From assembly GCA_963701855.1 (NCBI GenBank), contig CAVPBK010000005.1:128001-192000 (forward strand): DNA of 64,000 nt. The letters run 5' to 3'. How positions within the stretch are numbered: the first letter of the stretch is position 1; each line of letters starts with the position of its first letter. Source of the DNA: Nitrospirota bacterium. GTDB lineage: Bacteria; Nitrospirota; Nitrospiria; Nitrospirales; Nitrospiraceae. Position numbers and translations under genes: made by a program. Positions 19,650 to 30,970 of this stretch are shown here, in pieces. The notes under the pieces are model-generated. The model had not been told where the DNA came from and ran no database searches. It saw only the letters and a list, made by a program, of their open reading frames with translations.

Positions 19650-20935
19650 CGCGCTGGCTGCTCTCAGGCGTCCTGGTTGTAATCTTTGCGGGTTTCGCCG
19701 ACCGCGAAGTGAATGCGGCTAGTGCAGCTCCCTCTGCTGAGATGAAGACACAGGTCTTCCGCTACCTGGACAGTACGGATACAGACGAAGCAGCCCGCAT
19801 CCTTCAAGCAATTCTCTCCGATCCAAATGCCACAATTGACCAGACAATAGGGATCATTCAAACCGGGCGGGACTATGCCCCTCAGCCGACCGGGACCATT
19901 CACGACGAACGAATCGATGTGCAGGGGCGTGCCTATAACCTGGCGCTTTCCGTTCCCCCGACCTATCACCCGGCGAAGAACTACGGTCTGGTCGTGTGTC
20001 TGCATGGCGCGGGATTTACCGGTGAGGCCTACCTGGAACGCTGGCAGGTTCGATTGGGGGATGACTATGTTTTGGCTTGTCCAACTACTCCGATGGGCGC
20101 CTGGTTTACGAGAGACGCGGAGGAACTGGTGCTGGCGACGATTCGTTCCGTGCAACGGCGCTACCACATCGATCCTGACCGGATCTTTCTTACCGGCATG
20201 TCCAACGGCGGGATCGGCGCCTGGGTGATCGGTATGCACGATGCGCCCCTGTTCGCCGGCATTGCCCCCATGGCGAGCGGCCTCGATAATGTGCTGCTGC
20301 CGTTTCTGGCTAACTTGCGCTCCACGCCGATCTACATCATTCACGGAGCCAAGGATCAGGTGATGCCGGTGGAACTCAGCCGCACGATAACGAAAGAATT
20401 GACCAGGCTGGGCTATCCCTTTGTCTATCGAGAACATGATCGTGAGCATCCCATGGCAGGCGGGCATTATTTTCCCAGGGAAGAATTGCCTGAGCTGGTG
20501 GCCTGGCTTAACGCCCAACGGCGCAATCCTTTGCCAACGAGCGTGACGGTAGTGCGTGAGGCGAGTCATTTTCAACCGTTTGGATGGGTGCGCATCGACG
20601 CGACCGATCTCATTGCCGCGTTTTCCGAAGATCTAGTCAGCAAGCGAGACGATCTGATCAAGCGGCGGCAATATGCGAGGCTGGATGCCTCCATTGTGGC
20701 GCCGAATCGCATTGAAGTCCTGGTCGAGCGAGTCCAACGATATAGCCTCTTCCTGAACGAACAGCTTGTCGATCCTACCAAACCGCTCGTCGTGCTCACC
20801 AATGGGCAGGTGTCCTTCGAAGGTTCCGTGACTCCGTCGCTTGAGACCTTGCTGAGACAGGCGCACCTGCGCCAAGATTCAGGACAACTCTTTCCCATAC
20901 ATCTCGCCATCCAGGTTCGAAAGCAGCCGTCATGA
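19646..20935 (+). CDS. Secreted alpha/beta hydrolase (esterase/peptidase-like)
   Basis: Signal peptide; LHGAG, GMSNGG nucleophile elbow, HGAKD, GGH. Confidence 0.8.
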   Translation: MTRWLLSGVLVVIFAGFADREVNAASAAPSAEMKTQVFRYLDSTDTDEAARILQAILSDPNATIDQTIGIIQTGRDYAPQPTGTIHDERIDVQGRAYNLALSVPPTYHPAKNYGLVVCLHGAGFTGEAYLERWQVRLGDDYVLACPTTPMGAWFTRDAEELVLATIRSVQRRYHIDPDRIFLTGMSNGGIGAWVIGMHDAPLFAGIAPMASGLDNVLLPFLANLRSTPIYIIHGAKDQVMPVELSRTITKELTRLGYPFVYREHDREHPMAGGHYFPREELPELVAWLNAQRRNPLPTSVTVVREASHFQPFGWVRIDATDLIAAFSEDLVSKRDDLIKRRQYARLDASIVAPNRIEVLVERVQRYSLFLNEQLVDPTKPLVVLTNGQVSFEGSVTPSLETLLRQAHLRQDSGQLFPIHLAIQVRKQPS

Positions 20936-21747
20936 TCTCCGGGTGGTTGTGCGCGCGGAGGGCCGGCCTGCTGGCAATGCTCGTCGTGATCGGGCTGAGT
21001 ACGACCATCTATTCAGGCTTGGCCAATTCGGAGACCTGCTCCTTACCGTCCGAGCATGCAGGGATGGCCTTTCCGATTGAACAGGTCGATCAAGACTGGG
21101 CTTGTCGACTGTATCCGATTGTCGACAACTACACCACGATCAGCAAGGTCGGCCCAATCCGAAGCGGTTTACCAGAATCGCTATACCATCAACTACTGGA
21201 TCGTCCACCTCTGGCAGCGGCCTTGATCAATCGCCTGGAACTTGGTTTGTATAAATCGGAGGCGAGAGGCCCAGGTCGGTTCTGGGGGAACGATGGTGAG
21301 GGGACTGGGGGGATCGTGCAGCTCATCTACCAGGACCGCAACTCTCGAATTTATTATCTCGAAGGATCACACGACGGCCGGTTCCTTCCGCACATCACTG
21401 GCAAGGCGGTCGTGTTTCTGAGGATGAATCCGGTGAAAGACACCGACGGGATGGAAGCGATGGACAGCACCATGGTCTCCTATGCAAGGTTGGACAATCG
21501 CATCCTTTCCGGAGTGGTCACCTTGCTGCGCCCGTTTATCGGGGGGACTATTAAAAGGAAGTTGAGTAAAGGAGCGGAGACCGTCAATCAATTGAGTCTC
21601 CTCATGCGGCAACACCCCGACCGTGTACTATTTGAAGTCATGAACCCGCCTGCCTTCCCGGACGATGAGGTGGCCTTTGTGAAGCAGGCGTTGGAGAGTC
21701 TTTCTCATTCCAGCGATCTGACCCCATCCAGGACACCGTCACCATGA
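20932..21747 (+). CDS. Hypothetical exported protein
   Basis: Start and stop overlap both neighbours; N-terminal hydrophobic segment. Confidence 0.7.
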   Translation: MISGWLCARRAGLLAMLVVIGLSTTIYSGLANSETCSLPSEHAGMAFPIEQVDQDWACRLYPIVDNYTTISKVGPIRSGLPESLYHQLLDRPPLAAALINRLELGLYKSEARGPGRFWGNDGEGTGGIVQLIYQDRNSRIYYLEGSHDGRFLPHITGKAVVFLRMNPVKDTDGMEAMDSTMVSYARLDNRILSGVVTLLRPFIGGTIKRKLSKGAETVNQLSLLMRQHPDRVLFEVMNPPAFPDDEVAFVKQALESLSHSSDLTPSRTPSP

Positions 21748-22910
21748 CGACGTCGCGCAGCTTTACGTTGCTCTGCACAGTCGGCGTGTTCTGCTTTATC
21801 AGCTACAACATGGTGCGGATGCCGGTGTTGGCGCTGTTCGCTGAATCTCTGGGGGCCAGTCCTGAGCGCATCGGGTTCATCGTGTCGGTGTCCACTCTGA
21901 CCGGGGTTTTCCTCAAGTTACCGTCCGGCGCACTGTCTGACATCTACGGTCGGCGGTTTCTGCTGCGGATCGGCGTGGTGGCGTTCGGGCTGCCTCCGTT
22001 TCTCTACCCCTGGGTGACAGATCTCGATGCACTGACCGCCTTACGCTTTTTCCACGGACTTGCCACCGCCATCTTTGCGCCAAGTGCATTGGCAACTGTG
22101 GCCGATCTCTATCGAGAACGGCGGGGCGCCGCGCTTGGCACCTACACGGCCTCGACCCAATCCGGCGCATTGCTCGGGCCGTTTATCGGTGGCTACCTGA
22201 TCTATGTGTCGGGGTTCTCCTCTGCCTTTGTCACGGCCGGCATTTTTGGCTGCATCGCCATTGCTATTTTCTATAGCCTGCACCTCACACCGCCTCCCCC
22301 GCGTATTCAAGAGAAGGGGATGGCCCCGTTGTTGGCCGAGATGTGGAAGGGCTTCAGGGTGGTTGCCAAGAATCGCAAGGTTCTCATTACTAGTTCGACC
22401 GATGCCGCTAAGATGATCGCGAACGGGGCCCTGATGGCATTCCTTCCGCTCTATGGTGTCTCGGCAGGGTTGAATCCTGGAGAAGTCGGGCTGCTCTTTA
22501 CGGTCCAGGCTCTCACGTCGCTCATCTCCAAACCGATTATGGGCCGGGTGTCCGACAGCATAGGCCGTCAGCCGCTCATCGTCATCGGCCTCGTAATCTG
22601 CGCAGCGACGTTCGTCTGTATCCCACAGGTGTCGGTATTCTGGCTGTTATTGCTACTCTCGGCGGGCTTCGGATTCGGCGAAGCCGTCGTCTCCTCTTCG
22701 TCGTCCGCACTGGTCGCAGACAGTTCCGAGTTCAAGGGGCTTGGGGCTGGGATGGGTATGCAAGGGACAATCGGAGACATTGGCCATGCGAGTGGGCCGC
22801 TCCTGGCGGGGATTCTCATCTCGCACCTGAATTATGCCAACGCCTTTGCCATCATCGCAGGCCTGCAACTGCTCGCGGCGGCGGTGTTCTGGATGACGAT
22901 GAGAAGATGA
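21744..22910 (+). CDS. MFS transporter
   Basis: About 12 TM helices; GALSDIYGRR and GRVSDSIGRQ motif-A repeats. Confidence 0.92.
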   Translation: MTTSRSFTLLCTVGVFCFISYNMVRMPVLALFAESLGASPERIGFIVSVSTLTGVFLKLPSGALSDIYGRRFLLRIGVVAFGLPPFLYPWVTDLDALTALRFFHGLATAIFAPSALATVADLYRERRGAALGTYTASTQSGALLGPFIGGYLIYVSGFSSAFVTAGIFGCIAIAIFYSLHLTPPPPRIQEKGMAPLLAEMWKGFRVVAKNRKVLITSSTDAAKMIANGALMAFLPLYGVSAGLNPGEVGLLFTVQALTSLISKPIMGRVSDSIGRQPLIVIGLVICAATFVCIPQVSVFWLLLLLSAGFGFGEAVVSSSSSALVADSSEFKGLGAGMGMQGTIGDIGHASGPLLAGILISHLNYANAFAIIAGLQLLAAAVFWMTMRR

Positions 22911-23041
22911 CTCACGCGACACGGGCAAGACTGGCGGGGGAAGCTCGACGGGTAGAGACAGCACTCACATGCCCCTCGCTGCTCTACCATTTCGCGACGG
23001 ACCGTCATGAATAATGTGGACTAGTTCTATATAATGGGCCG

Positions 23042-23164
23042 ATGCTGAAGGTGATCGCGACAGAGAATATTGTTATTGGCACGTTGGCCGGCATCGGTGT
23101 GGTCGTGCTGGTTGTGATGGTTGTCTATGTAGTTCGGCTAATATTCAGCCAGAAAGGGGAATAG
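23042..23164 (+). CDS. Small single-TM protein, 40 aa (MLKVIATENIVIGTLAGIGVVVLVVMVVYVVRLIFSQKGE)
   Basis: Manual translation; strongly hydrophobic helix; too short for the ORF track. Confidence 0.5.
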   Translation: MLKVIATENIVIGTLAGIGVVVLVVMVVYVVRLIFSQKGE

Positions 23165-23184
23165 GTTCCGTGCTTGAGCTTCTC

Positions 23185-23308
23185 CAGGATATTCAAAAAG
23201 GCCTCCGGCAAGGCCGCAGCGAGCGGCTAGCCGAGGCGTACTGTCGTTAAGTACGTCGAGGCTGGGCGAGAAGCGAGAACGAAGCTGGGGGCCTTTTTCA
23301 ATATCCTG
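23185..23308. repeat. MITE-like intergenic repeat
   Basis: TIRs CAGGATATTCAAAAAGGCC / GGCCTTTTTCAATATCCTG; core GCAAGGCCGCAGCGAG...GCGAGAACGAAGCTGG shared with 38326-38449. Confidence 0.8.
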
Positions 23309-23310
23309 CT

Positions 23311-23967
23311 ATGTTTACAGGCATCGTCGAAGAACTAGGCGCCATCATCTCGATCGACAAGACTCTCGCAGGGACGAGGGTGACGATTCTGGCCTCAGCC
23401 ATGACGGGCGACCTCAAAGTTGGGGACAGCGTCAGCGTCAACGGCACCTGCCTGACCGTGGTGAACAAGAGTGAGCATAATTTTTCCGTGGAGGTTTCTC
23501 CCGAAACGCTGTCCGTGACCACCCTCGGGCAACTCACTGCCGGCACACCGCTGAATCTTGAGCGGGCGATGAAGCTCAACGAACGGCTCGGTGGGCATCT
23601 CGTGGCTGGTCATGTGGACGGCATTGGCACGGTTCGTAATCGCCAACAAGATGGGAATGCCATCCTGTTCACGATAGAAGCCCCGCCGGAGATTCTGCGC
23701 CACTGCATTGTGAAAGGGTCCGTCACCGTTGACGGCATCAGCCTGACGATCAACCAGGTGACAGATCGTGGGTTCTCCGTTTCGATTATTCCGCACACTG
23801 CGAAGGTTACCACCCTGGGCCTCAAACAAGTCGGTGATCTGGTCAATCTCGAATCGGACTTGATCGGGAAATACGTCGAACGCTTGCTGCAGGAACGGGG
23901 ACAACTTCCTGCCAAGCCTACCCCCGTTATTGATAAAGACTTCCTCCAAAAGCGCGGCCTCCTTTAA
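23311..23967 (+). CDS. ribE: Riboflavin synthase (alpha chain)
   Basis: MFTGIVEE, GDSVSVNGTCLTV, NLERA, GGHLVAGHVDG. Confidence 0.96.
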   Translation: MFTGIVEELGAIISIDKTLAGTRVTILASAMTGDLKVGDSVSVNGTCLTVVNKSEHNFSVEVSPETLSVTTLGQLTAGTPLNLERAMKLNERLGGHLVAGHVDGIGTVRNRQQDGNAILFTIEAPPEILRHCIVKGSVTVDGISLTINQVTDRGFSVSIIPHTAKVTTLGLKQVGDLVNLESDLIGKYVERLLQERGQLPAKPTPVIDKDFLQKRGLL

Positions 23968-24172
23968 TAGGATGCTGAAAAGGGGGGCGGGTAGCCTGGT
24001 CGTCCTCCTGCTCGCGGAACGCGCACGATCAGAATGTGCTCGTTCGACGCGCGCAATCGAGGATCGATCAGGCCACCCGTGAGGAGAGAGCAAGCGAGCT
24101 TGGAAGGACTATTTAGAAGGATGAGGGTTGCTCGAAGCGCGCAGTTGGGATCATCCCAGCCATCCCTTAAAA
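23968..24172. repeat. Composite intergenic repeat of the same family
   Basis: AGGATGCTGAAAA end; GCGCGCAGTTGGGATCATCCCAGCCA.CCCTTA block is the reverse complement of a block at about 40951-40985; GGGTAGCCTGGT...CAGGCCACCC block also at about 46013-46104. Confidence 0.65.
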
Positions 24173-24187
24173 ATAAAAAGGTTCAGG

Positions 24188-24928
24188 ATGGCACAGAAGG
24201 CCGCGAGATCTTCTAAACGTCTCACCGTGGATCGGCTGCTCTCGAAGCTCGGCATTGCTTCGCGTGGGACAAGCCAGGAGTGGATCAGTGCAGGGCGAGT
24301 CCGCGTCAATGGTCGAGTCGTGCGTGATCCGGCCACATGGGTCTTGTGGCCGAAAGATGCTGTCTTGATCGATGACCAACCGATTCAAGACTCGGTCAAA
24401 CGATTCTTCCTCTTTCATAAACCCAAAGGGGTCATCACGACGCATAGTGACGAACAGGGCCGTAAGACGATCTTTGATGTGCTGCCGCCGGACATGGGAT
24501 ACATGCATGCCGTCGGGAGACTCGATCAGGCGACCAGTGGGCTCCTTCTGCTCACCAACGATTCAGCACTGTCGAGCTATCTCACTGATCCGGCCCATAA
24601 AGTGATGAGGATCTACCTCGTTTCCGTGCGAGGAGAATTCACTGAGGCCCAAGCCACAGAAGCCACAGCCGGAGTGCTCGATGGTGGCGAGCGCCTCCAG
24701 TGTCACAGCGTGAAGATTCAAAAGAGTTCCGGACGCGAATCACATCTGGAAGTGGTCCTGACCCAGGGAAAAAACCGTGAAATCAGAAGACTGTTCAAGA
24801 CATTGGGGCATGAAGTGACCAGACTCAGGCGCATTCAATACGGTCCCTTCAAACTGGAAGAACTTCCGTCCGGCGCATGGCGCGAAATCCCGATTGAGGA
24901 CGTGAGGAAGATGTTTCGACTGTCCTAA
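24188..24928 (+). CDS. RsuA/RluB-family rRNA pseudouridine synthase with S4 domain
   Basis: S4 domain (LSKLGIASR...GRVRVNG); HKPKG, VGRLD, GLLLLTND, GKNREIRR. Confidence 0.92.
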   Translation: MAQKAARSSKRLTVDRLLSKLGIASRGTSQEWISAGRVRVNGRVVRDPATWVLWPKDAVLIDDQPIQDSVKRFFLFHKPKGVITTHSDEQGRKTIFDVLPPDMGYMHAVGRLDQATSGLLLLTNDSALSSYLTDPAHKVMRIYLVSVRGEFTEAQATEATAGVLDGGERLQCHSVKIQKSSGRESHLEVVLTQGKNREIRRLFKTLGHEVTRLRRIQYGPFKLEELPSGAWREIPIEDVRKMFRLS

Positions 24929-25149
24929 CTCGCCGCTTGTATCTCGTTCGAAGAGTAGAGCCCATGCGTATGGCCGATAGCAAGTGCAGGAGAAGCAGGA
25001 CTTTCTTCGTCAGTGCTATCAGCCTTTGCCATTCGCGATCAGCTTCTGCCGGGAAAATCTAGAAAACAAAATTTTACTCGTTGCTCAAACTCTGATATAC
25101 CAGACACACATCGATTAACATTTTGACATCGAAGGGGGGTGGAGTTCTC

Positions 25150-25209
25150 ATGGCAGCGAAGAAAGCAGCAGCGAAGAAGCCCGCAAAGAAGGCGGCGAAG
25201 AAGAAGTAG
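25150..25209 (+). CDS. 19-aa Lys/Ala-rich micropeptide MAAKKAAAKKPAKKAAKKK
   Basis: Manual translation; GGAG RBS 6 nt upstream; strong hairpin directly downstream. Confidence 0.6.
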   Translation: MAAKKAAAKKPAKKAAKKK

Positions 25210-25219
25210 TCGTCGCATT

Positions 25220-25262
25220 GTGAGGAGGCGACGGCCACGTCGCCTCCTCACCTTCCCTCTTC
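25220..25262 (+). terminator. Terminator-like hairpin after the micropeptide
   Basis: GTGAGGAGGCGACG-GCCA-CGTCGCCTCCTCAC followed by a pyrimidine tract. Confidence 0.65.
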
Positions 25263-25953
25263 CTCGATTTCCATCTGATCAGAACCGCATCTCACTCACG
25301 GCCGACCAATCGGGGTATTCCCCCAAAGAATTTCCTGCAGGCTCGATTGCCCGATACAAAATACGTCACATGGTAGAGGGTATATTTCTAGACCAGATCT
25401 TCATCGGTATGGGAATGAGAGTGTGTCCGGATGTAATCGGAGTAGAAGAGGCTCAGCGAGCTAAGATTACCAAAACAGGAAATCAGAGAGGTAAAAAAAT
25501 GGGGAGGTGATGGCCACATCACCTCCCCGACTTCCTCTGCGCAGGGGAGAGCCCATAGCGTGAGGAAAGCAGCGCACAAATCTTATCATGAACATTCCCG
25601 CGAAAGGAGAACTAATATTCTCATGTAGTCAACGACTTATGGGTATATCCTATCGGAGCGCTTGACGATGAAAGAAAGCAAATAGAACCGCGCAACTCAA
25701 ACCATGGGATGTTGGTGGTCGGATGACGGGAGTATTTCTTGTCTCCAGCTGTTCGTGGTGGAAAGTGTGCGAGAGGACTAGCTTGGAAGAAAGACTGCGA
25801 GTCCTCAGACTTGTCGCCGGCATTTTTATCTGGCATCAATAAAGATCACAGACCAGGTCGGTAAGGTTCTTGGTGAGCATTCTCACGAATCTGGGTGCCA
25901 TAGGGGAACACTGGTAGGGCGTGCTGCTATTGTTTTACCCCAAGGGATGCGGA

Positions 25954-26724
25954 ATGAGTGTGTATTGGAAATGGGTTCTTCAATCAGTCCCAAGTTTGGT
26001 GTGCGGGTTGCTGATGTTGCTATCGACAGTAACCCCTCGGCAAGCCCGTTCCAACGTAGAAGCCTGGTTCATCTATTTCGGTATTGAGGATGTCCCGCCA
26101 TGGCTGGCGAATAAGTCCATAGATACATGGATATATTGGCTGGCGTTTGTGGGCTTCTGTGCATGGGCTATTCACTTATATGCGCGAAGAAATATAAGGA
26201 ATGGCAAACTGTCCATTATCCTTCGTGAAGGAGAACCCTGGGTGCAGGTGAATGCAGGCGTAGATCAGCCGCAGGCAGCGCACATCAATGGATCGCGGTA
26301 CACCTATCGTATCGCATTGGTCAACAGCGATGATTCGACCATTAGGAATGTAGAAGTGAAACTGACTTCCCTGGAGAAGCAGCCGCAGAATTCCCATGCC
26401 ATTGGCAGTCACCTTAAACTAAGAAATGACCGGGCTGGGGCAACGAACTGTAACGTGTATCCCACCAAAGATCCGGAATGTATGGATGGCCTGTTCGTTG
26501 ATGTATTCAGTTTCTTCCTAGGCCCAGAAGGATATTCATCCCTCAGTGTCACGTCGTTGCCGGAGGATAGTAATCGCCGGATTCCAGTCGATACATATGA
26601 TGTGAAAATCATTGCGACAAGTGAAAGTGGAGAAATGGCCATCGCGGACATGGCGTTCATTCCCCGTGCTGATCAAATTCCAGAGTTCAGATTACTCAAA
26701 ACGCAATCATTCCCTGGACGATGA
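25954..26724 (+). CDS. Hypothetical protein with two N-terminal TM helices and a beta-rich domain
   Basis: 257-aa ORF; no family recognised. Confidence 0.65.
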   Translation: MSVYWKWVLQSVPSLVCGLLMLLSTVTPRQARSNVEAWFIYFGIEDVPPWLANKSIDTWIYWLAFVGFCAWAIHLYARRNIRNGKLSIILREGEPWVQVNAGVDQPQAAHINGSRYTYRIALVNSDDSTIRNVEVKLTSLEKQPQNSHAIGSHLKLRNDRAGATNCNVYPTKDPECMDGLFVDVFSFFLGPEGYSSLSVTSLPEDSNRRIPVDTYDVKIIATSESGEMAIADMAFIPRADQIPEFRLLKTQSFPGR

Positions 26725-27014
26725 CTGGCAATGACCTTCAGATTCAGAAAATGTGAAGGAACAGGCCCGTGTTTATTGCTTACAGGGCGCGCACAATGAA
26801 ATGGATGGGAAGGGCACCCCATTGGTCCTGTGTTCCCGGAACAGAGAAGGGGATGGCGCCTGTTGATCTCCTGTGCTCGCGCAACGCGCGGCCTCAGAAA
26901 GAAAGAGGGGAGCGGCCCGGTGCCCTTCTAAGAGAGGGAAAGTAAGCGAGCTTGGGAGGATCAATTCAGGCCTGTAGGATAGACTCCTGGTACATTTCCC
27001 ATATCTTCTCAGAA

Positions 27015-30000
27015 TCACCAGGATGATCGATAGAGACTCGCTCCTCGGTCTCCATAGGTTTCGTAGAAGTGTTCGAACACGGCGGAGCATTTCTGCTGGT
27101 AGAGGTCAGGGGAGTACGCGCGCGGGAGTCCCTGATCCAGCACCTCTTCGATGGCCAGTTTCACTTGCGAGCGCGCACTTGCCTTTTGTCGCCATTCGAG
27201 CACCAGGAGCTGCTTGAGTTTCTCCAGCAACTCTTTCGCCACCTTCTTCACCTCGGCACGCTCTTCCTGGCCCAGTTCCGGTGCAGGCCTGGTCAGAATG
27301 TCGAACACCACCAGCTCTTCTTCGGACAGACGTTCCCGTACATGGCGCTGTTGCTCATCGTTGAGGGTGCGGCTGAGGGCCAGGAGTTCGGCGAAGAGGT
27401 CCTCGATGTTCCGGCTGCCTGCGTTGTAGGACTCGATGAGCTCCTCAAACTTCGTGAGGTAGTCGGCACGAGTCCGGTTGAGGCGAATCAGCTTGTCGAG
27501 GTGGGAACGGATGGCAGCCTTCAGTTGCTCAAGGTCGATATTCTTGGTCTTCGACTTCCCAAAGCGCTTCGCGAGCGCTTCAAAATCAATCTTCGTCAGG
27601 TCGATGATGCCATGACCTTTCTTGCCCTCAGCGATGTGAAAGCCATCGGCGGCCACGGAGGCATCAAGAATCTTGTTCAGGTCGGTCATCACGGTGGAGA
27701 TGTCCGCCGGACCCTCACCCGTACGCTCTCGAATCGTCTCGGCAATCGTCGTGAGGCAAGCGACGCGTGAGGAAAACTCCAGGACAGCCGGATCTGGCTT
27801 CACGGCTTGAAAGAGCGTCCGGACCCATCGCTCCTGGGCGAGGAAGTCTTTGCGGAGCGGGTCCGGGGAAATCAGGCATTCAACGGCATCGACAATCTTC
27901 GTCAGTCGCTCCAGACTCCCGACCGATCGTCCGTTCGACCTCTTCGAGGCTGACGCCATGCTGACGACAGAACGATACGGCATCTGTTATCGCCTGCCGC
28001 AGGGTCTCCACCAACTGCTGTTTGTTGCGCACAGGATGCGCACCGCTCTGACCGACGGCATAGATGGCCAACGCTTGCTCCAGTGAAGCAAAGACGTTGG
28101 CATAATCCACAATCAACCCGCTGTGCTTGCCAGGGAAGACGCGGTTCGCCCGCGCGATCGTCTGCATCAAGGTGTGGTTCCGCATCGGCTTATCGAGATA
28201 CACCGTCGAACAGCTCGGCGCGTCAAACCCAGTCAGCCACATCGCGCAGACGAAGACCAGGCGCAACGGATCTGTCGGGTCCTTGAACTTCTCGTCGAGC
28301 GACTCGTCGTTCATCCGCTTACGGTGCGGGGCGATGTCGAGCCCTAGCCGTTTCATCTGGTCGATCTCGTTCTGGCCTGGCGACACGATCAAGGCCATGT
28401 CCGTGGTCTGAATCACATCCAGCCGCTCACGGAGTTCCCTGATGCGGTCCGGGTCGGACTTCGCCCCATAGGTCGTAAGCTTCGCCAACTCCTTCTCCAC
28501 CCGCACCCGTTCAGCCTGCCAGTGCGTCCGCACCTTGTCGTGCATGCGGAGCGCCGTGGCCTTATCGATGGAGATCACCATGGCCTTGCCTTGGAAGCCA
28601 CGTCCCAGGAAGTGCTGCACGATATCCTTTGCGACCGTCTCCAGCCGGTCGTCGCGGGTGATGAGCTGGTATTGCCGACCCAGCTCACGCTCTAACCTGG
28701 TCTCTTGCTCCTCATCCAGCTCAGCGGCTTCGATCAGGTTGTAAATATCTTCGTTGAGGTTCGGATTCTCCAGCCGCAGTTCAGGGGTACGGTTTTCGTA
28801 AAAGAGCGGCACTGTGGCACCGTCCTCGACGGACTGTTGGAAGTCATAGATGGAGACATAGTCGCCGAAGACCTCGCGCGTCCGTTCCTCGCCGACAATG
28901 AGCGGCGTACCCGTGAAGGCCAGGAAAAGCGCCCGAGGCAGCGCGGTCCGCATGTTCAGCGCCAGAGTGTCGTATTGGCTCCGGTGTGATTCGTCGGTGA
29001 GCACGATCACGTCGGGCCGGTCGCAGAGCAACTCAGGAGTCTGGAACTTGTGGATCAAGGTGAAGACATACCGGTGGTTCTCGCCGAGCAATTGCCTCAA
29101 CTGCGCGCCACTCTGTGCGTGGCACAGGTCGCTCTCCGCCTCGCTCACCGCGCCACAGGCCTTGAACGTCTTCGCAATCTGGTCATCCAGCTCTACCCGG
29201 TCCGTCACCACGACGAAGGTCCAGTTACCTGGGATCTTTCGTAGGATCTTCTGCGCAAAGAAGACCATCGCCAGACTCTTGCCAGAACCCTGGGTCTGCC
29301 AAAACACGCCGGCGCGCCCATGGCCCTGCTTCCGGGCAGCCAACGTAGCCGCAATGGCATTGTTCACGCCGAGAAACTGGTGGTTCTGTCCCAGCACTTT
29401 GACGAGCCCAGCCTTGTGCTCGGAGAAGAGCGTGAAGTTTTCGAGAAGATCGAGCAGGCGCGAAGGTTCACACGTTCCGCGCAACATCACTTCCAGAGAG
29501 ACTCGCCGCGGTTCATCTTCACGTTCGATCCGCTTCCACTCAAAGAACCGCTCCCAATCAGCCGTGAGAGAACCCACACGGCTCTCCGTGCCATTAGAGG
29601 CGATCATCAGCCCGTTGAACCAGAAGAGTTGAGGAATGTCGGACTTGTAGCAAGTGAGGTTGTCGTCGAACGCTTGCTGCGCCGGAACGCCCGGCTTCTT
29701 CAGCTCAATCACGACGATGGGTAGGCCGTTCACGAACCCGACGAGGTCAGGCCGACGGGTGTAGAGCGATCCCGTCACGCTGAACTGACTCACCAGCAGG
29801 AAGTCGTTTGCAGCAGGATTCTCCCAATCAATGACCCGAACGCGCTCGGTCTTCTGCCCGCCACCCTTGGGATCCGGAACGGAAACAGGAATCCCGTCTT
29901 TCAGAAACCCATACACCTCGCGATTCGCCGCCGCGAGACTCATCACCGAACGGTCGCGGATCAGTTGATCAATGGCTGTTGAGAGGGCTTCCGGAGGCAA

Positions 30001-30193
30001 TGAAGGGTTGAGGTGATTCAGGGCAGCGCGAAGGCGCAAGACCAAGACTAATTCAGCTTTTGTTTCGCGCCCTAGTGTGCCATGAGGTCCAACAACCTCT
30101 TCCATGGCCGAGACAGTATGCCACCCGAGTTCGGCAAGCAGTGTAGATCGCGGGCTGTTCGACAAGCTGGTCTTCAGAGTATGCGTGTGCCAT
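27015..30193 (-). pseudogene. hsdR: Type I restriction enzyme R subunit with two apparent +1 frameshifts (possibly sequencing errors)
   Basis: MAHAYSEDQLVEQPA start; RRPDLVGFVNGLP..VIELK; QTQGSGKS; DESHRSQY; FTGTP; MWLTGFDAP; QTIARANR; frame changes near 30145 and 27925. Confidence 0.9.
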
Positions 30194-30197
30194 GCGG

Positions 30198-30970
30198 CTA
30201 GGAACGTAGCGGGAGGAACTCGTCACCACTCATCGGTTCATATCCGGCAGTGAAGCGGCCTTCAAGCGCGACGAGAACACGTTGGTTGTGCGGAGCAGGA
30301 GGAGGATTCAGCTGGACGACATGAGCGGTCACGTTGCTCGGGCCACCTGCAATAGCCTTCAACACGTCAGGAATGAGATAACGAGGCGCCCAACCCAACA
30401 TGAAGTAATCATTCAAAGTCTCAAGCTGGACTGCCACGCCGGTTGCGGGGTTATTAAACTCCACCGCCACTTGCAGCGGTTCGCCGGGCCGGAGCACATT
30501 CAATCGCTCTTGTGATGGCGCATTCACATGACTGCCAGCCGTGTAAAAAGAACCGGCAAGAAAAACCGCCGTCACGACGGGCCAGAATTTTCGGAAACAC
30601 CTCTAAGTTGTCGGTCTGCCGCCCGCCTCCGCTGATCGCCAAAATCTCAAAGGGGTCCGCGTGCTCAGGAGACAAATCGAGTCGCTGGAGATATTCGGCA
30701 TAATCCTCCCGTTTCGTCGCTAATAAGCCGATTCTGAAACAGCGGGAACAGTTCTGCTGATTCATACAAGGCATCGAACTTCGGAAAGGCATCGAGGGGC
30801 TGGAAACCTACCTTGTCCCTGGCCTGCAACACACCACGGGTGTAGACAAACCGATAATGGGAATCTTCAGGTTCAACATCCAAACGGCCGATTGGAAACC
30901 ATGCACGGGTGCCGTCCACGCGATCACCGCGAAGCCGTTTGTCTTGCCAGGCTAAGAATAAGGTTTTCAT
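30198..30970 (-). pseudogene. HIRAN-domain protein partnered with the HipA-like kinase (two apparent +1 frameshifts)
   Basis: LFLAWQD...WFPIGRL...YRFVY...LFPLFQNR; GGGRQTDNLEVFP; FFLHG; C-terminal E.NNP....AV......LGWAPRYL (HIRAN-like); breaks near 30720 and 30533. Confidence 0.75.

Noticed and set aside
22911..23310. FMN riboswitch upstream of ribE
   Set aside because: No RFN consensus is visible; the region is explained by a small ORF and repeat elements.
25039..25510. Arg-rich ORFs 25139-25510 (+) and 25039-25251 (-)
   Set aside because: Alternative frames over the AAG/GCG-rich micro-ORF and its hairpin; the 19-aa frame has the RBS and terminator context.
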